64,000 nt of DNA from Octopus sinensis (GCF_006345805.1 NC_042998.1:102734001-102798000); one strand, 5' to 3'. Positions 1 to 14,219 are shown, numbered from the stretch's first letter. The notes: a model not told the origin generated them from the letters alone. A program made the numbers and translations.

Positions 1-329
1 CACTCTGAATAATATAAATCTGTAAGTAAAGAAAACTGTTATCAAATCATATCAGCAAATGCATTTCGAAATTGTTTGTGAAGCGTGGCAGTTTTATAAA
101 GACACACGTAATTAGAATTTGAACCAAGTAAAAATATGGAACAAAATCATCAAATTAAAATGTGCAACGTCTTAGAAAGCAAGTGAGGAAATATAAGCGT
201 ACATCATGATTGGACCATTATCACCAACAAGCAAAGCTCCAACAACATAACTATTATATACCACTGGAAAAAAGCTTATATTTTTAAGTACACCAATGGT
301 TTGTTCCTCAGAATCAAATGATAATTGTT

Positions 330-500
330 TCTATTATAATTATACGATCTAAATTTGGAGGGGGGGGATAGTCGATATAATTGATCTCAACCCTCAACCG
401 GTTCTTTATTTTATCGACCTCAAACTATAAAATGCAAAGTTGAATTCGGTGGTATGAAAATACGCAATGAAAAGAACCGAAACACGTACCGTAAGGTCTT
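330..500 (-). mobile_element. Degenerate SINE (family A; core ...GTCGACTTTGCCTTTCATCCTTTCGGGGTCGATAAA...GTACCAG...)
   Basis: Reverse complement resembles the family A copies at 7730, 18125 and 27530 (tagtcgat...ttttatcgacc...gcaaagttga). Confidence 0.55.
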
Positions 501-644
501 TTTTCCCCACCAGCTAGCTGCACATGTATTACCAGTATCATTCTATATAAACATATGTCTCAATTAATATATCTCGCTTGTTTAATGATTATAAAGATAA
601 TAACATCAACATTGGTATGTAAAACGAATGAAGTGTACAAAATA

Positions 645-2000
645 GGGTAGCGGCCATCATATAAAGGTTAGTAAGAACAAGTTTATTGAAATATATATTA
701 TAGGATATTTACTAAAGAATATTTATCATACAACGCATTGATACTAGATATTTTACACATATTTTACACGTATTCGTTGTTTAGAAGACTGTTAATGAGC
801 TAACAGTTACTTATTATGATTTTACATTATTGTAACATTCAACTGTCCACGGGGCGAATTGTGAGAGCCGACCGGTGTCTTGCGATGAAAAACAAAGTAT
901 TGCGTGCCTTTACCGAGAAGGCATGTCAAATTCTGTGATAACAACTACTGTAGGAAGGTCTAGAAGTGTTGTTCAACGAATTGTAGCTAGTTTTAAGTCA
1001 TCGGGTTCGACAGATGCTAAAATTCAAACCAGTAGACCTAGAAAAATTTCACCAACATAGAATCATATCATGGTTAGAGTGTCACTGAAGGATAGGTTTG
1101 AGTTTTGCTGACGAGTTTTTAGGAGGGTTTGCTCACGAACATGTCGTTTGGACAGAAGAGCAGTAGTCAGAGGTTTATTTTAGTGATGACTGAAATTTAA
1201 TGTGATTTGTTCCGGGGATGTACGTCCGACGTAGAAGTGGCGAATGCTTATCTCGTGCATGGATGAAGACAGTAAAATACGGAGAAGGCAGTGCAATGGT
1301 ATGGGGAGTGATCACCGCTACTGGTCTTGGTCCACTTATTCCCCTACAAGGGACTGCAAATGCTGAAATCTACAAGCAGATTCTTAGACGGCGTGCACTT
1401 CCACATCTCCGATCCCAGTCAGTTCAACTTCCTACCTTCGTGCAGGACAACGCTCTCTGTCACACTGTGAAGAGAGTTAAAGATTTTTTGAGAGATACAT
1501 GGGGTTGATCTCATGGACTAGCCACTCAAAGTCCCGATGTCAGCCATATAGAAAACGTTTTGAAGATTATTGGAGATGGGACGCGAAGGAGAAATCCAAA
1601 GAACCAAAATGAACTCTAAGAATTATTGAAAAACGAATAGAAAATTTTATTACATCGTTTTGCAAGAAATGATATAGTCCCATGGTAGCAGAGGTCATTG
1701 ACAGTAAAGGGATGTTCTCAAAATATTAATACTAATGGTTTTATTTTTGTTCTTGTTCAATTTTTCATTGTTTTTCTAAGTGATCCTTACTGTTTCGACG
1801 TTGCAGTTTGGAAGATTATTTGTTTATTCCTATATAACTTAGGAAATAGTAATTTCATTCACTTGAAAATTTCACAGAAGATGGATATTAAATATATCTA
1901 GATATGTGTAAAATATCTTGTCTCAAAGTATTGTTAATCTTCTATAATAAATATTTCAATACACTTGTTCTTACTGACGTTTATATTATGGTCGCTACTG
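645..2000 (+). mobile_element. Tc1-like DNA transposon, full length, defective
   Basis: Imperfect TIRs of about 110 bp (gggtagcggccatcatataaaggttagtaagaacaag at 645; cttgttcttactgacgtttatattatggtcgctactg ending at 2000), TA on both sides. Internal HTH and DDE fragments (FSDD, KTVKYGEGSAMVWG, FVQDNALCH, QSPDVSHIEN). Confidence 0.9.
875..1720 (+). pseudogene. Tc1 DDE transposase pseudogene (stops and frameshifts)
   Basis: ORFs 875-1060 (paired-like HTH, RPRKIS) and 1218-1508 (catalytic core), interrupted by stops. Confidence 0.85.
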
Positions 2001-3559
2001 TATATAGAAACTGCCGTTCAGGATAAATTTTCGTAAGAAAGTCACATATCATTTTCATATTACCCTTTGGCTGATTCAGTTATGAGAGTTCGACCATTAT
2101 CTGGTAATGTTCTCAAAGATTTTAGTCGATTATATCTATAAACACGGACATGTTTTGATTCGAGAACATGAAATTATATGATAGCATCGTTGAATATAAA
2201 TTTATGAAAAAATGATTACACGTAAATTTAAAAACTGAATAAAATATAATGAACTAGATGGGGAGAAAGAATGTTACAATGAATAAAGTTCGAATATATG
2301 CATTAAATTAAAAGCCAAGGTAGGGGTAAACTTTATCAGTGCTACAAAATTAATAAAGAACAGAAAGTCATATTGTAAATGAAACATGCGAAAACAAACC
2401 TCTATAGACGAAAATGTAAGCAGAATAAAGTAGAAAATTATTCAGGATAATGCCAAGATTATGTTAATGAAAAATAAAATAATATATGAAGAAAGGGTTA
2501 TATGAAATATATCATAAACAAATACGGTTCCGCATACAGGATGCATTGTTAACAGAAGAGCAGTCGATAATGTTCTCAACTTCCAGGAACTAGCTGCAAC
2601 ATGCTAAATATTATATAATGACATAGCAATGGATATTCATGTTAATTTATGTTCTAAGTTTAAATTTATCATATTTAAATTAAGAATATAAACAGAGATA
2701 CGTTCACCAAAAATCTCAGCCAAAGTAAGCTTATATGAAGTGGACAGAAAAATCAATAAACGAAATCAATTATAAAATTTCCAAATATACTGTAAACTGT
2801 AAATTTGCAGAAATAAAAAAAATGATGATACTGTCATGTCCACAAGAAGACCAATCTAACTGTGTCTAACCTTGTAGAAGAGATATCTGAAACCTCTTGG
2901 TAGGAAAGAAACAGAACGTTGGTGTAAGCACACAGTGCAATCAACTGCAGAAATAAATGTTAAGACTAAAGCATTCATCGTAATGTCAGTCACGCACACA
3001 ACTGAGGTCTTAACCGACCTATGAAGGTGAATGTATATCCTACGGTCCGTACATTAACCAACCGGAATATATTCTGACATGCCATGAAACTAAAACAATA
3101 TTGGTTTATGATTTATATCGTTCAGTGGAATAAATATTACTTTGCGCTCTGCCAATCACATTTTCTCTTTCTTTCAATACCCATTACAGAGTTTAGCCGA
3201 TACATCTCGTAAATTACCAAAGCATTTGGAGATAATATCCTAATGCTTAAATTAAAATATACACAGTATTCCAACAGCATATAAATTAGAGATTTGTATT
3301 GATGCATTTAATTACTACCTTGACCAGGCAAAATATATTCACATTTTAGATATGTCAGTTGTAATACTACTGACATATAAAACAAAAATTAATGCTCGTC
3401 TCTGTTGTATATAATGTACACTTAAATTTAGTTAAACTTTATTATTGTGTCTCCTTTTCCCCTTTCTTCAGCATAATTATGATTCTTATTCGTATTTTTC
3501 CAAATCTCTAGTTTAGTGTAATATAAAATGAATGGTGCCGTGTAAATCTCTGCAAAATA

Positions 3560-4380
3560 TTAAAAAAAAAATAAACGATTCCAAAACATTTTTCCAACTT
3601 CTCCAAGCACTCTCCTTTTCATTCTCAATTCAAGTGCCAATCTTTACCCCTTTTTCCTCTGTCGAGATTATCTTTCATCGATTTTCTATATAAGTAGAAT
3701 TATGTATAATTATATATACTTGATTTCGTATAACCCTTTTCTGTACCTCCCCTGTGCGTGTGCTCATCAAGGAGGTTGCGAATATATTTGTCTACGAAAC
3801 TGATCAATTTTCGATTACTATTCCACTATATTTTCATTTGATCATCGTAGACTCAATATCAAATCCCGTAATGTACCTCCGTCACAGCTGCCATCACTTT
3901 CCGTCTTTTCTTATCTTCACTAACCTACACATTAGATTCTTCGATTCTCACGCCAATTACACTTATCAAAACGTTTCCTTGGACTTTCATAATGTCGAAA
4001 GTTTGACAGAAAACATTCACCAGGGTCCTAAGTTTCTAACTTTTATGCAGGTGCAGAGGGCATAAGTATAGAAAAGAGATGTTAGTGGACATTTATAGAC
4101 GGGTTGCTGGACATTTCAGATTACCAGGGACATCTTGTTAATTAGAGTGGTACGAAACTTTTTATACACAAGAATTGTGCAGAAGCAGATAATACGAGAT
4201 CGAGGATAATATCCCCAGAAACACGATCTCATCATTCATCTGGCTGACATGTATTGCTTTGATACACCGAATGTGCCAACCTGGAAATTGGCAATTATTG
4301 AAATCGAATTTACCATGTGGGATGCTTTTGCTGTAGGTGTAAGTGATCTAGCACACCAGGAAATTAGGTAGGCACTGAGG
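3560..4380 (-). mobile_element. Very old LINE (RTE-like) RT C-terminal remnant
   Basis: Minus-strand peptides such as WHIRCIKAI and KIDQFRRQIY weakly resemble RTE post-RT motifs; heavily degraded. Confidence 0.3.
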
Positions 4381-4402
4381 AATGAAATATAGGTTACGAT
4401 TT

Positions 4403-4403
<1 letters not shown>

Positions 4404-4466
<63 letters not shown>

Positions 4467-4590
4467 TGTGATTTTGTGTTTGTATATATGTATGTATTTA
4501 TATGGCAAAATAATCACCGTCCCGATGTACATTAATATTTGTTTCAACACACGACTTCACATCAGGAGTCTTGCAACACAAATTCATAAA

Positions 4591-4670
<80 letters not shown>

Positions 4671-4703
4671 CATATATATATATACATATACACACGCGTA
4701 CAT

Positions 4704-4740
<37 letters not shown>
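4404..4740. repeat. (TA)n/(TG)n and (TA)n/(CA)n microsatellites
   Basis: Arrays read directly at 4404-4465 and 4594-4740. Confidence 0.95.
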
Positions 4741-4799
4741 AAGTAGAAAATATTTTACTGGCGAAACACGCGGTGGATATAAATAGAGGAAGGCATAAG

Positions 4800-6325
4800 A
4801 TGAAAACAACACACAAGATTTGCTCTACAGGATTTAAAATTATATTAGGGCCATGATGATATAGATATAAAATTTTGTACAAAATAAGGTTTTGTTCTTT
4901 CAACATTATTGAAGTAAGGACGGTTTCGTATTGCTTCTCAAACTGAGAGTTGAAAGAGATAAATTGCTGGGGGTGGGGGCGAAAATATTGCTACGGGAGA
5001 TAATAGTTCACTCGTATATTTTGCAGTAAATGGAAAGTAAATCTATAATAATATTTTTTTTTTTGTATTCTCGGCTTCATTCTAGTTTACATCTATTAGA
5101 TGGAGTAAGTTCTTTATATCGCTTCATATTTAATTCTGGTTTATATTTTGGAATAAATAAGGCTTCTTTATTCAGTCTTCAACACAACGAATTCAACACA
5201 ACTGTGTTGAATTCCAGATAAAATGGTGATAAAATGGGAAAATTTCCAATTTAATCTTTCTGCACGTTCATCCATATGTTGACTGAGGTATATTTAGCGA
5301 TATCGTGGGGATGAAATTTGTTGTCTGTGGACCGTACATCTCTTTCGGATCGAATTTCCCGTTGAGCCAATATAATTTCGATGGCAACCTGAGCATCTAT
5401 TTACGTAAATGATATTTTTGGAGGCGCAAGCGAAGTTAGGTTTCATCTTGAATATTTTCCCTTGTTTGAAATGGAATTCCGACCCTTCCATGATCCGCAC
5501 TAGGGCGACCACAATTTATGACTCTGGTGTCCGTTGTTCTAGAGAATAATGAGTATTTCCTTTAATATCTTAGGCAGTTTGCTTCTCCTAATAATTTTAT
5601 GGTTACGTAGAATGTTAAGTTTGTGCTCCCTATGGCGTATTGGAAGATAAACTCTTCAGTCCTAGTTCTCTAGTATTTGTTTCGGATACTATGGTTCAAA
5701 TCCTTCTTGCAAGGCTGAAGGGGATATTCGTTTTGATATGTTTCGTGTGACATAAGCTAAAAAATAGATATTGTTTAGCGTCTGTGATATTGTAAAAGAA
5801 AATGTCTGTTTATATTTAAATCAGTATGTCTAAGAATGGGAGTTATTCGTGGTTGTGTTCTATTGTCAATTGTATGGTATGTTGGTGTTAATGTCATTGA
5901 GAAGTTTTTTGAACTCCAGGAGCTTATCGATGTTTTCATTCCAGAGGATGAGTCAGTTGTCCAAAAATCTTTTTCAATATTCTTTTATATATTGGGAGAG
6001 AGTGTTTCCAAATATTGAAAATGACTCCTGATATATTGTTATTTCTAAAAATACCATTGTTAGAGTGGCAATGGTTGGTTCCCATTGAAATTCCAGATTT
6101 TTAGCAATAAACAGTGGTGTCAAACATGAAATAAACAATTATCTCCTCCAGCAATATTTATTTTTCCTACTAGCAATTTATCTCATCGACTCTCAGTTTG
6201 ATGAGCAATGCGAAACCAGTCCTTACGTCAATTATGTTGAAAGAAGAAAACCTTATTTTGTACAAAAGTTTATATCTTCTGGCACTAATTATACTCTTAA
6301 ATCTTGTAAAACAAAGCTGTGTTTT
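4800..6325 (-). mobile_element. Penelope-like retroelement (RT remnant + GIY-YIG) with inverted pseudo-LTRs
   Basis: ORF 5294-5512 is a GIY-YIG domain (NIIYVNRCSGCHRNYIGSTGNSIRKRCTVH). RT motif GISMGT near 6080-6095 on the minus strand. 4800-4970 is the reverse complement of about 6170-6325. Confidence 0.8.
6195..6223 (+). ncRNA. Minimal hammerhead-like motif in PLE pseudo-LTR (degenerate)
   Basis: TTGATGA-GC-AAT-GC-GAAA-CCAG-TC; inverted partner at about 4917-4945 reads TTGAGAA-GC-AAT-AC-GAAA-CCG-TC. Stem I is weak. Confidence 0.45.
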
Positions 6326-6333
6326 CGCATCTT

Positions 6334-6482
<149 letters not shown>

Positions 6483-7486
6483 AGAAAGAAAAACGTTGAC
6501 AAAAACAACCCGTAACTCTCAGAACGAACCCAGAATCAGAAAACAGGGGAATCTATCACGACAACCACAGAGATAAATCAAAAACGATACAAACCCCGCT
6601 AACTTACCGACCTTCAGCACAACAATTGCTACCACCATCAGCACCACCGGAACCACCAACCCTATCACAGCCCTGCTTCACTCTAAAAACAACAAATCTT
6701 TGTGCTTGTGAGGAGAGCCAATTATGAATGGATGGCACTGATAGCACGAAAGATATATAGAGAGAATGGGAAAAATTCATGATACCAGCATTTTTAAAGT
6801 GCCAGGTGACTTAATGTTAAGCGAATGCCATTTAAGATATATAAAAAAACTTTAGGCAGACTTTCCCCCTTCGACGTGAATGCCACGAATGTAAATGCCA
6901 CGAGTAGGCTTTGTAAGAGGTTCGCAAAGGAATCCCATCCAAACTCGAAGGTTGGGTTATACCCCTGCCAACAGCCTCGGGAGTGTAAGTAATGTAACTC
7001 TTTGCCATTTTCTCAATTCTGTCTGACCAACATGGTAAATATTAGAATAGGTTGCATATTTGTCCGTGGCCTTGGGTCATCCTGACAGTTAGGCTGCTTG
7101 TTCAATGAGCCCCGTTTGCTAAGTGTGTATGACAGTCATCATTAAGACCACAGTTTCTGACACGTGCACAATAATTCGCATCTATGAAGGCCTTGAGATC
7201 TACGCATCTCTTAGTCGTCCTGTAATGGGAGACGACAGTCTACAGTGCGGGTTAGGAAAGGAATGGATCTCGAAGTACATATGAACTTTCTGGAGCCGGA
7301 TGTTAAGTTGGTGGTCCTGGATATCAACAACCGCGGAGGTTATCCACTAGCATAATCATTATATTGTTATTTACAGCGTGCTAGGGTGAGTGAAGGATAA
7401 AAGATGTTACAGTATGACGGAAAGTTTGGGAAGGGTAAATGGCAGGGGCAGTAGCGACATATCTTCATGTAATGCAACACAGACAT

Positions 7487-7715
7487 TTAAATTGATATTA
7501 TCTCCAGGTATTTACAACTGTCTTGTGGGTTAAGTTCCTTGATGGTAGCGTCGCTATCTAAATTAATGAAAGCTGTTTGTCTGAGCCTGCCTCTAACAAA
7601 AGTTGCTTTAGCACACTGTTCAAGGCCAAAATGAATCTCGTTGTCATTGCTAAACCCTTTACCAGTAGTTAACAATCCTTCTAGTTCTCCGTCATATCTA
7701 GCTTCAGATCGTCCA
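7487..7715 (-). mobile_element. R4/Dong-type LINE RT fragment
   Basis: FGLEQCAKATFVRGRL...IKELNPQDSCKYL parallels FGLEKCAKVTMKRGKL...IKELDQSQTYKYL of the 55183-56505 ORF. Confidence 0.75.
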
Positions 7716-7729
7716 TATAACACAGATGG

Positions 7730-7930
7730 TTTTGCTGGCAGAATCGTTAGCACGCCGGACGAAATGCATACTGGTATTTCGCAGGTCACTATGTACTAAG
7801 TTCAAATTCCATCGAGGTTGGCTTTTATCCTTTCGGGGTCGATGAATTAAGTACCAGCTACGCACTGGGGTCGATGAAATCGATTAACCTGCTACCTCAA
7901 ATTATCAGGCCTTGTACCTACAGTAGAAAC
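7730..7930 (+). mobile_element. tRNA-related SINE family A
   Basis: A-box-like gctggcagaatcgttagc, B-box-like gttcaaattcc, core atcctttcggggtcgatgaattaagtaccag; multiple copies in the window. Confidence 0.85.
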
Positions 7931-8234
7931 GGTTATTATCATTATTGTTGCTGTTAGAGATATTTCCCTTTAAGATATTTTCATTTTTCTCAGTTTGAGC
8001 CGGTAGATTAAGAAATCTGGGTTTCTTTTCTTATAACAATATTTTTAACTTTAAGATTTTTTCATATTCAGGTTTTAAGTCAATTTACACAGTTACTTGG
8101 CTTGGCACATTTGGAAATCTCTATAGATTATTCAACGAGTTTATACACATTCGGCTTATTATCTTCGTTTTTTATTTATATTTTATGTTTAATAATATTT
8201 TTGCCTTTATAATAATAATACTAATAATACATAT

Positions 8235-8302
8235 TGTTATTATTATTATTATTATTAGTAGTAGTAGAAGTAGTGGTAGTAGTAGTAGTTGTAGTAGTAG
8301 TA

Positions 8303-8334
<32 letters not shown>

Positions 8335-8357
8335 TGTTGTAGTAGTAGTAGTAGTAT

Positions 8358-8416
<59 letters not shown>

Positions 8417-8599
8417 TTGCTGTAGTTATTCGTTTTGTTTTGCTTCAGATTATATTTCTTTTCTGTATCATCACCATCACATTCATGACCATCATCATTA
8501 TCATCACAATCACATTCATCACCATCATCATCATCATCCTCATCATCATCATCATGATCACCATGATCATGATCATCATCATCATCATCATCATCATCA

Positions 8600-8648
<49 letters not shown>
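8235..8648. repeat. Compound trinucleotide microsatellites (ATT)n-(AGT)n-(ATC)n-(ATT)n
   Basis: Directly visible; source of the spurious poly-S/I/L/V ORFs. Confidence 0.95.
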
Positions 8649-9899
8649 GTGTATTTGTCGGAGTTAAATTTTTTACTGTGGTATTTGTTGTTATAAATGT
8701 AGCATTTGTTTATTGTTTCCTTTGTTGGCAGTTCTGCATTTGTCCCTGGAGATATAGAAATGTCTAGGCCTACGTAAGACGCTTAACAATGTCGGTGCAG
8801 GTATTCAAAGTAAGCATTTTGTGACCTGGGGGATTTGGAGAGCTATGCAAATTTGAATGGCGTTTTCTGTAAGATCGAAATACGCTTCTGGTCTAGCACT
8901 GTATAATAGCTGGTAAAAGTAAATGCAAAATAAAAGAAGAAAATATATGAAATTTCAACTTATATGATGGAGCATTATGTTATATTACTGCATGTTCACT
9001 TCTTCAGTTATAATGCATAAATAATGACAAGGAGAGGTATATACAGCAACAAGACAAGTATTCATGTTTAAATATACACAAAAACTTGCACATATGCGAA
9101 TGCATATATTTATAATCTCTATATACAAACATTCAGTGACGTCTATATGTACATATATGCGTATATATTATATGTAATGCAAATATACATACACGCACAT
9201 ACACACACATTTGTATATATATTAATCGAAGTGTGCAGTAATATATATCCATTATGGTCCAGCTTACCAATCTGTTTCGCACCAGGGTTTTAACAGAGTA
9301 TTGGGTAACATTCCAATTATGTAACCCTGCATTCTGTTGACTGCTCTCTATTGTTGGAGATGAATAGACACATCCAGTTTGTGATTGCTGTGAAAGAGAT
9401 GATGAAACGAATGGAGCAGATTATGGAATAAAGAATTATATCCCTTGGTATCAAAACATCGTCTCGGGACTGGTTTTGTTACAATTCGGCAAGCGTTCTC
9501 TTGAAAGGAGTTTGTAAGAAATGTGTATACATATACACACACATATAGTCATATTCATATTCACATAAGGCACTCACATAAACTTCCCTCTGTGTGTGTG
9601 TTTGTGTGTGCTATGGAAAAGAATGTATGAGTGCCTTGACGGGATTTCATGCTATGTGTGTTCCTGCTCGTTTCACGACACTGGCTTTCATCATCTTATT
9701 TTCCTTGCCAATATATAAACGACCAATACGGAGCAGTGATTGAATTAATTGCGAAAACATCACATGAGATACCTTGAATATCTCATTTCCTTGCTGGTGC
9801 TTTCAGTTCTCATTCCGCAAATTACTGTCATTTGTTCAGTAGTAGGTTACTGCGGATTAAGAAAGAAAAAAAATTCAAAACTAAAATTTCTCGTAGCCT

Positions 9900-10300
9900 C
9901 ATCACATTCGAGCCAATGTTAATAGGTTAAGAGAATGTTCACTCTTGTAAACAAACCATTCACCGCGTTTTGTCAAGGAAAAAAGGTCTTGTTGTAGAGG
10001 AAAATAAGGGGGAATGTCTCTCTTATCAGCTTGGAGCGCCACCACCCCGTTGCTGTGACTGAAGAGGTGATAACTACTCCTAAATGCTTGCATCCAACAG
10101 TCTGATTTGGGTGTATTTTACAGCATATCTCCACAGCGAGACATTTTCTCCATAGCAAAACATGATGAATCGCGTCTTTACAAGTTCGATCCTGCTGTTA
10201 GCATATTCGAATTGCTAAATTTTTTTTTACTTATCACCGCTCAGCTCATTCACCTCGTAATTTACATTGGAGTCGTATATATTCAGAACGTGTAACTAAA
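9900..10300 (-). mobile_element. Possible highly degraded mariner remnant
   Basis: IPPYFPLQQDLFSLTKRG weakly resembles the mariner HPPYSPDLAPxDFFLF motif; no TIRs found. Confidence 0.25.
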
Positions 10301-10647
10301 AACATATGTGGTTATCAGTTCAAATGAAAGTGTAGGGGCTATTACAATAAAATAAAATAAATTTATGTGATCTTATATAAACAGACGCGCATATATGCAG
10401 GTTCACGTATATTCGCGCAGGTTTTTTTCTATTTTGTATCTACCTATGTTATTCAAATGTGCATTGTTCGATTGATTCTGACTGAGAATTATGTTATATC
10501 TATCGAATGCTTACCTACTTCCACAATAATTAAATGAAGAGATAAATTAAGCCCATTTGAGGGTTGGGGTCGATGTAATCGTCTATCCACCTCATCAACA
10601 TTTCAGACCTTATCCCTATAGTAGAAATGATTATTATTCTTATTATT

Positions 10648-12290
10648 GGGTGAGAGTATGAAGACCAGTATACCCATCATGACTACCCGTCTGATAAAGG
10701 TACACCAGACAATGCTTCACAACCATATGCGTATGACATGTTAATCTCATACCAAGTTAGACAGTGCATGACCTTGCAGGTGGGGACCTGTTAGAATTTT
10801 TTTCAGGTCGAGTAGCCCATCCTGCTCAAAGGTTCCTAGAATAAGGTTTGCTTCGAGGATGACGAACAACACACCCATGTCTCCAGATGTGATATAATCA
10901 AACTCTAAGGAACTCGTCTTAACACATGGCTATGATGCACTCCTACTACTTCTCTGCTCGTGATCAGAGAGTCACATATTGTCAGCCACCAAGGTATATG
11001 CTCAACTGATTAAAAACAAACCAACTTAAAAGCAAATATATGGTATTGAGCAGAATGTTTGATGTAGCCCATCTTTTATACCAAGACAAAATGATGGACA
11101 TGATAACACTTCCAGTCAGTTAAGGTAAAAACCATGAGAGCCATTGCCTGAGACTGCATGTAATGCAAATATGGGGGATATGCCAATTCACACAGATAGA
11201 GCCTTTGCACAGCGTCTAACGCTGGAGATATCCTACAGTGTCAGCTGTTCACTACTAGAGAACTAACGTAACACCTCTAATTTTTCGAGTAACTTCCAGA
11301 ATATCCGTGCAGTTCTGATTTCCGCAAGTGCTCCACCTTTATTGCAGCCCCTATGTCGTCCATGTACTTCTCAAGATTTTTATTTACTGTCTTCAGGGCT
11401 CCGACAACTACTGGTACTTCTACCACCGTTTTCATCGACCACAACTGCTTAACTTCCTAAGCTAACCTATCATATCTATCTACTTTTCATTCTTCTTTAT
11501 CGCATACCTTGTTTCAGCTGGGCGTACTATATCTATGATCCGGGATAGTTTCTTTTCTTTCTCAATTAAGATTATGTCCGCCTTCCTATTCTTTATCTCA
11601 TGGTCGCACTGAATCATAAAATCTCATTAGGATATTTGCATTATCATTTTCGACGATGTCTTCAGATTTGTGGCCGTACCAATTCTTTGCTCTGTCAAGT
11701 CCATATGTGTTGCAAAGTGTCCAATGGATAAGCCTTGCTATATCGTCATGGTGTCCCTTATATTACTTCCGGTCTAGTAGCGTACATTGGCTGGTAATAT
11801 GCCATATGGTTTCACCGTTTTGTCCACAGATTCTGCATTTATCACTTTCTGATGTGTTGTCTATTCTTATTTTATACAGTTTGTTCTTAGTGCTTCCTCC
11901 TAGGCAGCAGAGATTAGAGCCTCCGTTTCCGGTTTTAAATCACTTTCAGTCATCCACAGCCATCTTTTTTCTCTGTCTGTCTTATTTTCAACATCCCTAT
12001 AAAGTTGTCCACGTATTCTTATCTTTACCCACCTATTTTCAATTTCATCGTTTTCAATTGCTGTTACAGTGCTTTATCTTTGCAATCTTTCATCCTACAC
12101 AAACCTGACCTTCTTACTTCTAATAATAGGGGTTCTGCGGCACTTATTTTTTACATACCCCATGCTATGTTGTTTTATTCTGCTCCGATGCTGTGTTCGC
12201 ATCCAATAAGTCCTCTTCCCCCACATTTTCGTGGTATATATTGACTGTCTCTGCCATTTTGGAGGTTGAGTGTCTCATATGTAGTTAGCA
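10648..12290 (-). mobile_element. R4/Dong-type LINE 3' portion (CCHC + RLE) with long putative 3' UTR
   Basis: Minus strand gives CRICGQNGETIWHI and degenerate RLE motifs; paralogous to 12470-13560. The non-coding 10648-11160 module recurs at 53482-53857. Confidence 0.8.
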
Positions 12291-12299
12291 ATTTCTTTT

Positions 12300-12455
<156 letters not shown>

Positions 12456-12469
12456 GTTGTTGTTATTTT

Positions 12470-14185
12470 TGATATGGCCTTTGCACAGCTTCTAACGCTG
12501 GAAATGTACGACAGTGCCAGCTGTTGAATACCAGTGAACTAATGTAACACTCCATATTTTTTGAGCACCATCCCGAGTATTTGAGCGGTTACAATCAGTG
12601 TTGTTTTCTGCAAGTACTCCGCCCTTATTGCAGCCCCTATTTGTTCTATGTACCTCGCAAGATTTTTACTCACTGTACCCAGGGCTCCGACAATTAGTAG
12701 TATTACTGCCAACTTTTTCATCGACCACAACTGCTTAAACTCCCTAGCTAACATGTCATATCTATCGACTTTTCTTTCTTCTTTATCGCATATCTTGTCG
12801 TCAGCTGGGCATGCTATATTAATGAACCAGCATCATTTGCTTTCTTTCTCAATTAACACTATGGCTGGTTTCTTATTCTCTATCACATGGTCGCACTGAA
12901 TCAAAATCCCATAGGATCTTTGCATTGTCATTTTGGAAAAGGCCTTCGTGTTTATGTTCGGACCAATTTTTGCCCTGTCAAGACCATACTTGTTGCACAT
13001 TGTCCAATGGTCAATCACTGTTATATTGTCATGAAGTCTCTTATATTTTTTCTGGGCTAGTGTCATACATTGACTGGTAATATGCTATACGGTGTCACCA
13101 TGTTGTCCACAAATTCTGCACTTATCACTTTCTGGTGTGTTGTGTATACTGTATTTAATGTAACTGGGTATTAATGCTTGGTATTGGCCAGCTCAGATTA
13201 GAGCCTCCCACCGTTTCCGGTTTAAAATCTCTTTTAGTCATCTATAGCCATCTTTTTCTCTGTCTGTCTTATGATCAACATCCCTATGAAATTGTCCTTG
13301 TATTCTTTTCATTATCCACCTATTTTCAGCTTCACCCATTCTCAATTCTTTGCAATCTGCCACCATACACAAGCCTACCCTTCTTACCTCCAATAATAGC
13401 GGGTCTGTGGCATTTTTTACATACCATGCGATGTTGTTCTCCTCTGCTTTGATGCTATGTTCGCATCCGTCAGTCATCTTCTTCCACTTGTTTTTTTTTG
13501 TGTGAATACAGTCTGTCTGTGTCACTTTTTGGGAGGAGTATCCCACATCTATTCAGAAACTTCCTTGTCTTTCTGTCTAAGCTGTTTAGTTCGTCTACTG
13601 TCCATGCGATTACCCCTGCCCAATATCTAGGGAATGAAACCGCTCAGTGTTGATAGCTTCAATTATATTCCGTCCCTTTAATTTTAGCTTAAGGATCAAG
13701 CGCAAGTACTCTATCTCAAATTTTTTTGCCACTTCTTTCTCCATCAATTTATCCATTTCCAATATTCCCAAGTACTTATAGCCAGTCTCCACTATCTGCT
13801 TCATAACCTCCCACGATGATATCGAAAGTCTGTCCATACATTTGATTTAGCCTCTCTTCAAAGCTAACACCATACCTTTTCAGTTCGAGCTCCATTCTGC
13901 TATCAGCACTGAAAGTACACACCGTATCAACGAGGTTACTGACTTGTGATTCATCTTGACCATAAAGATTGAAGTCATCCATGAATAACAAATGGTTGAC
14001 ATTTCGTTGGCGCCTCTTGAATATATGCCCAGCATTTGCTCTACTCAGGATCAGTGTTAGTTGTATCATGCACAATATAAAGGTCAGGGAGGACAGGGAG
14101 TCCTCTTGGAAGATGCCTCTGTTTCTATTGTCCCTAAACGTCTTCCATATGCTGTCAGTTCCATCCTCCACTTCGCCATACATTT
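12470..14185 (-). mobile_element. R4/Dong-type LINE, 5'-truncated, degenerate (RT C-half, CCHC, RLE)
   Basis: RGIFQEDSLSSLTF, NHLLFMDD, GYKYLGILE, CDHVIENKKPAIVLI, VGALGTV. 3' end abuts (TAA)n. Confidence 0.9.
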
Positions 14186-14219
14186 TCCAAGCAATTGCTC
14201 AACATTCGATGCAATACGA

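Noticed and set aside
2400-3100. Possible ancient LINE RT remnant on the plus strand
   Set aside because: Motif resemblance too weak to call without an alignment.
8185-8667. 160-aa ORF with poly-S/I/L, and similar YI/CV/TH-repeat ORFs throughout
   Set aside because: Pure read-through of microsatellites; no coding signal.
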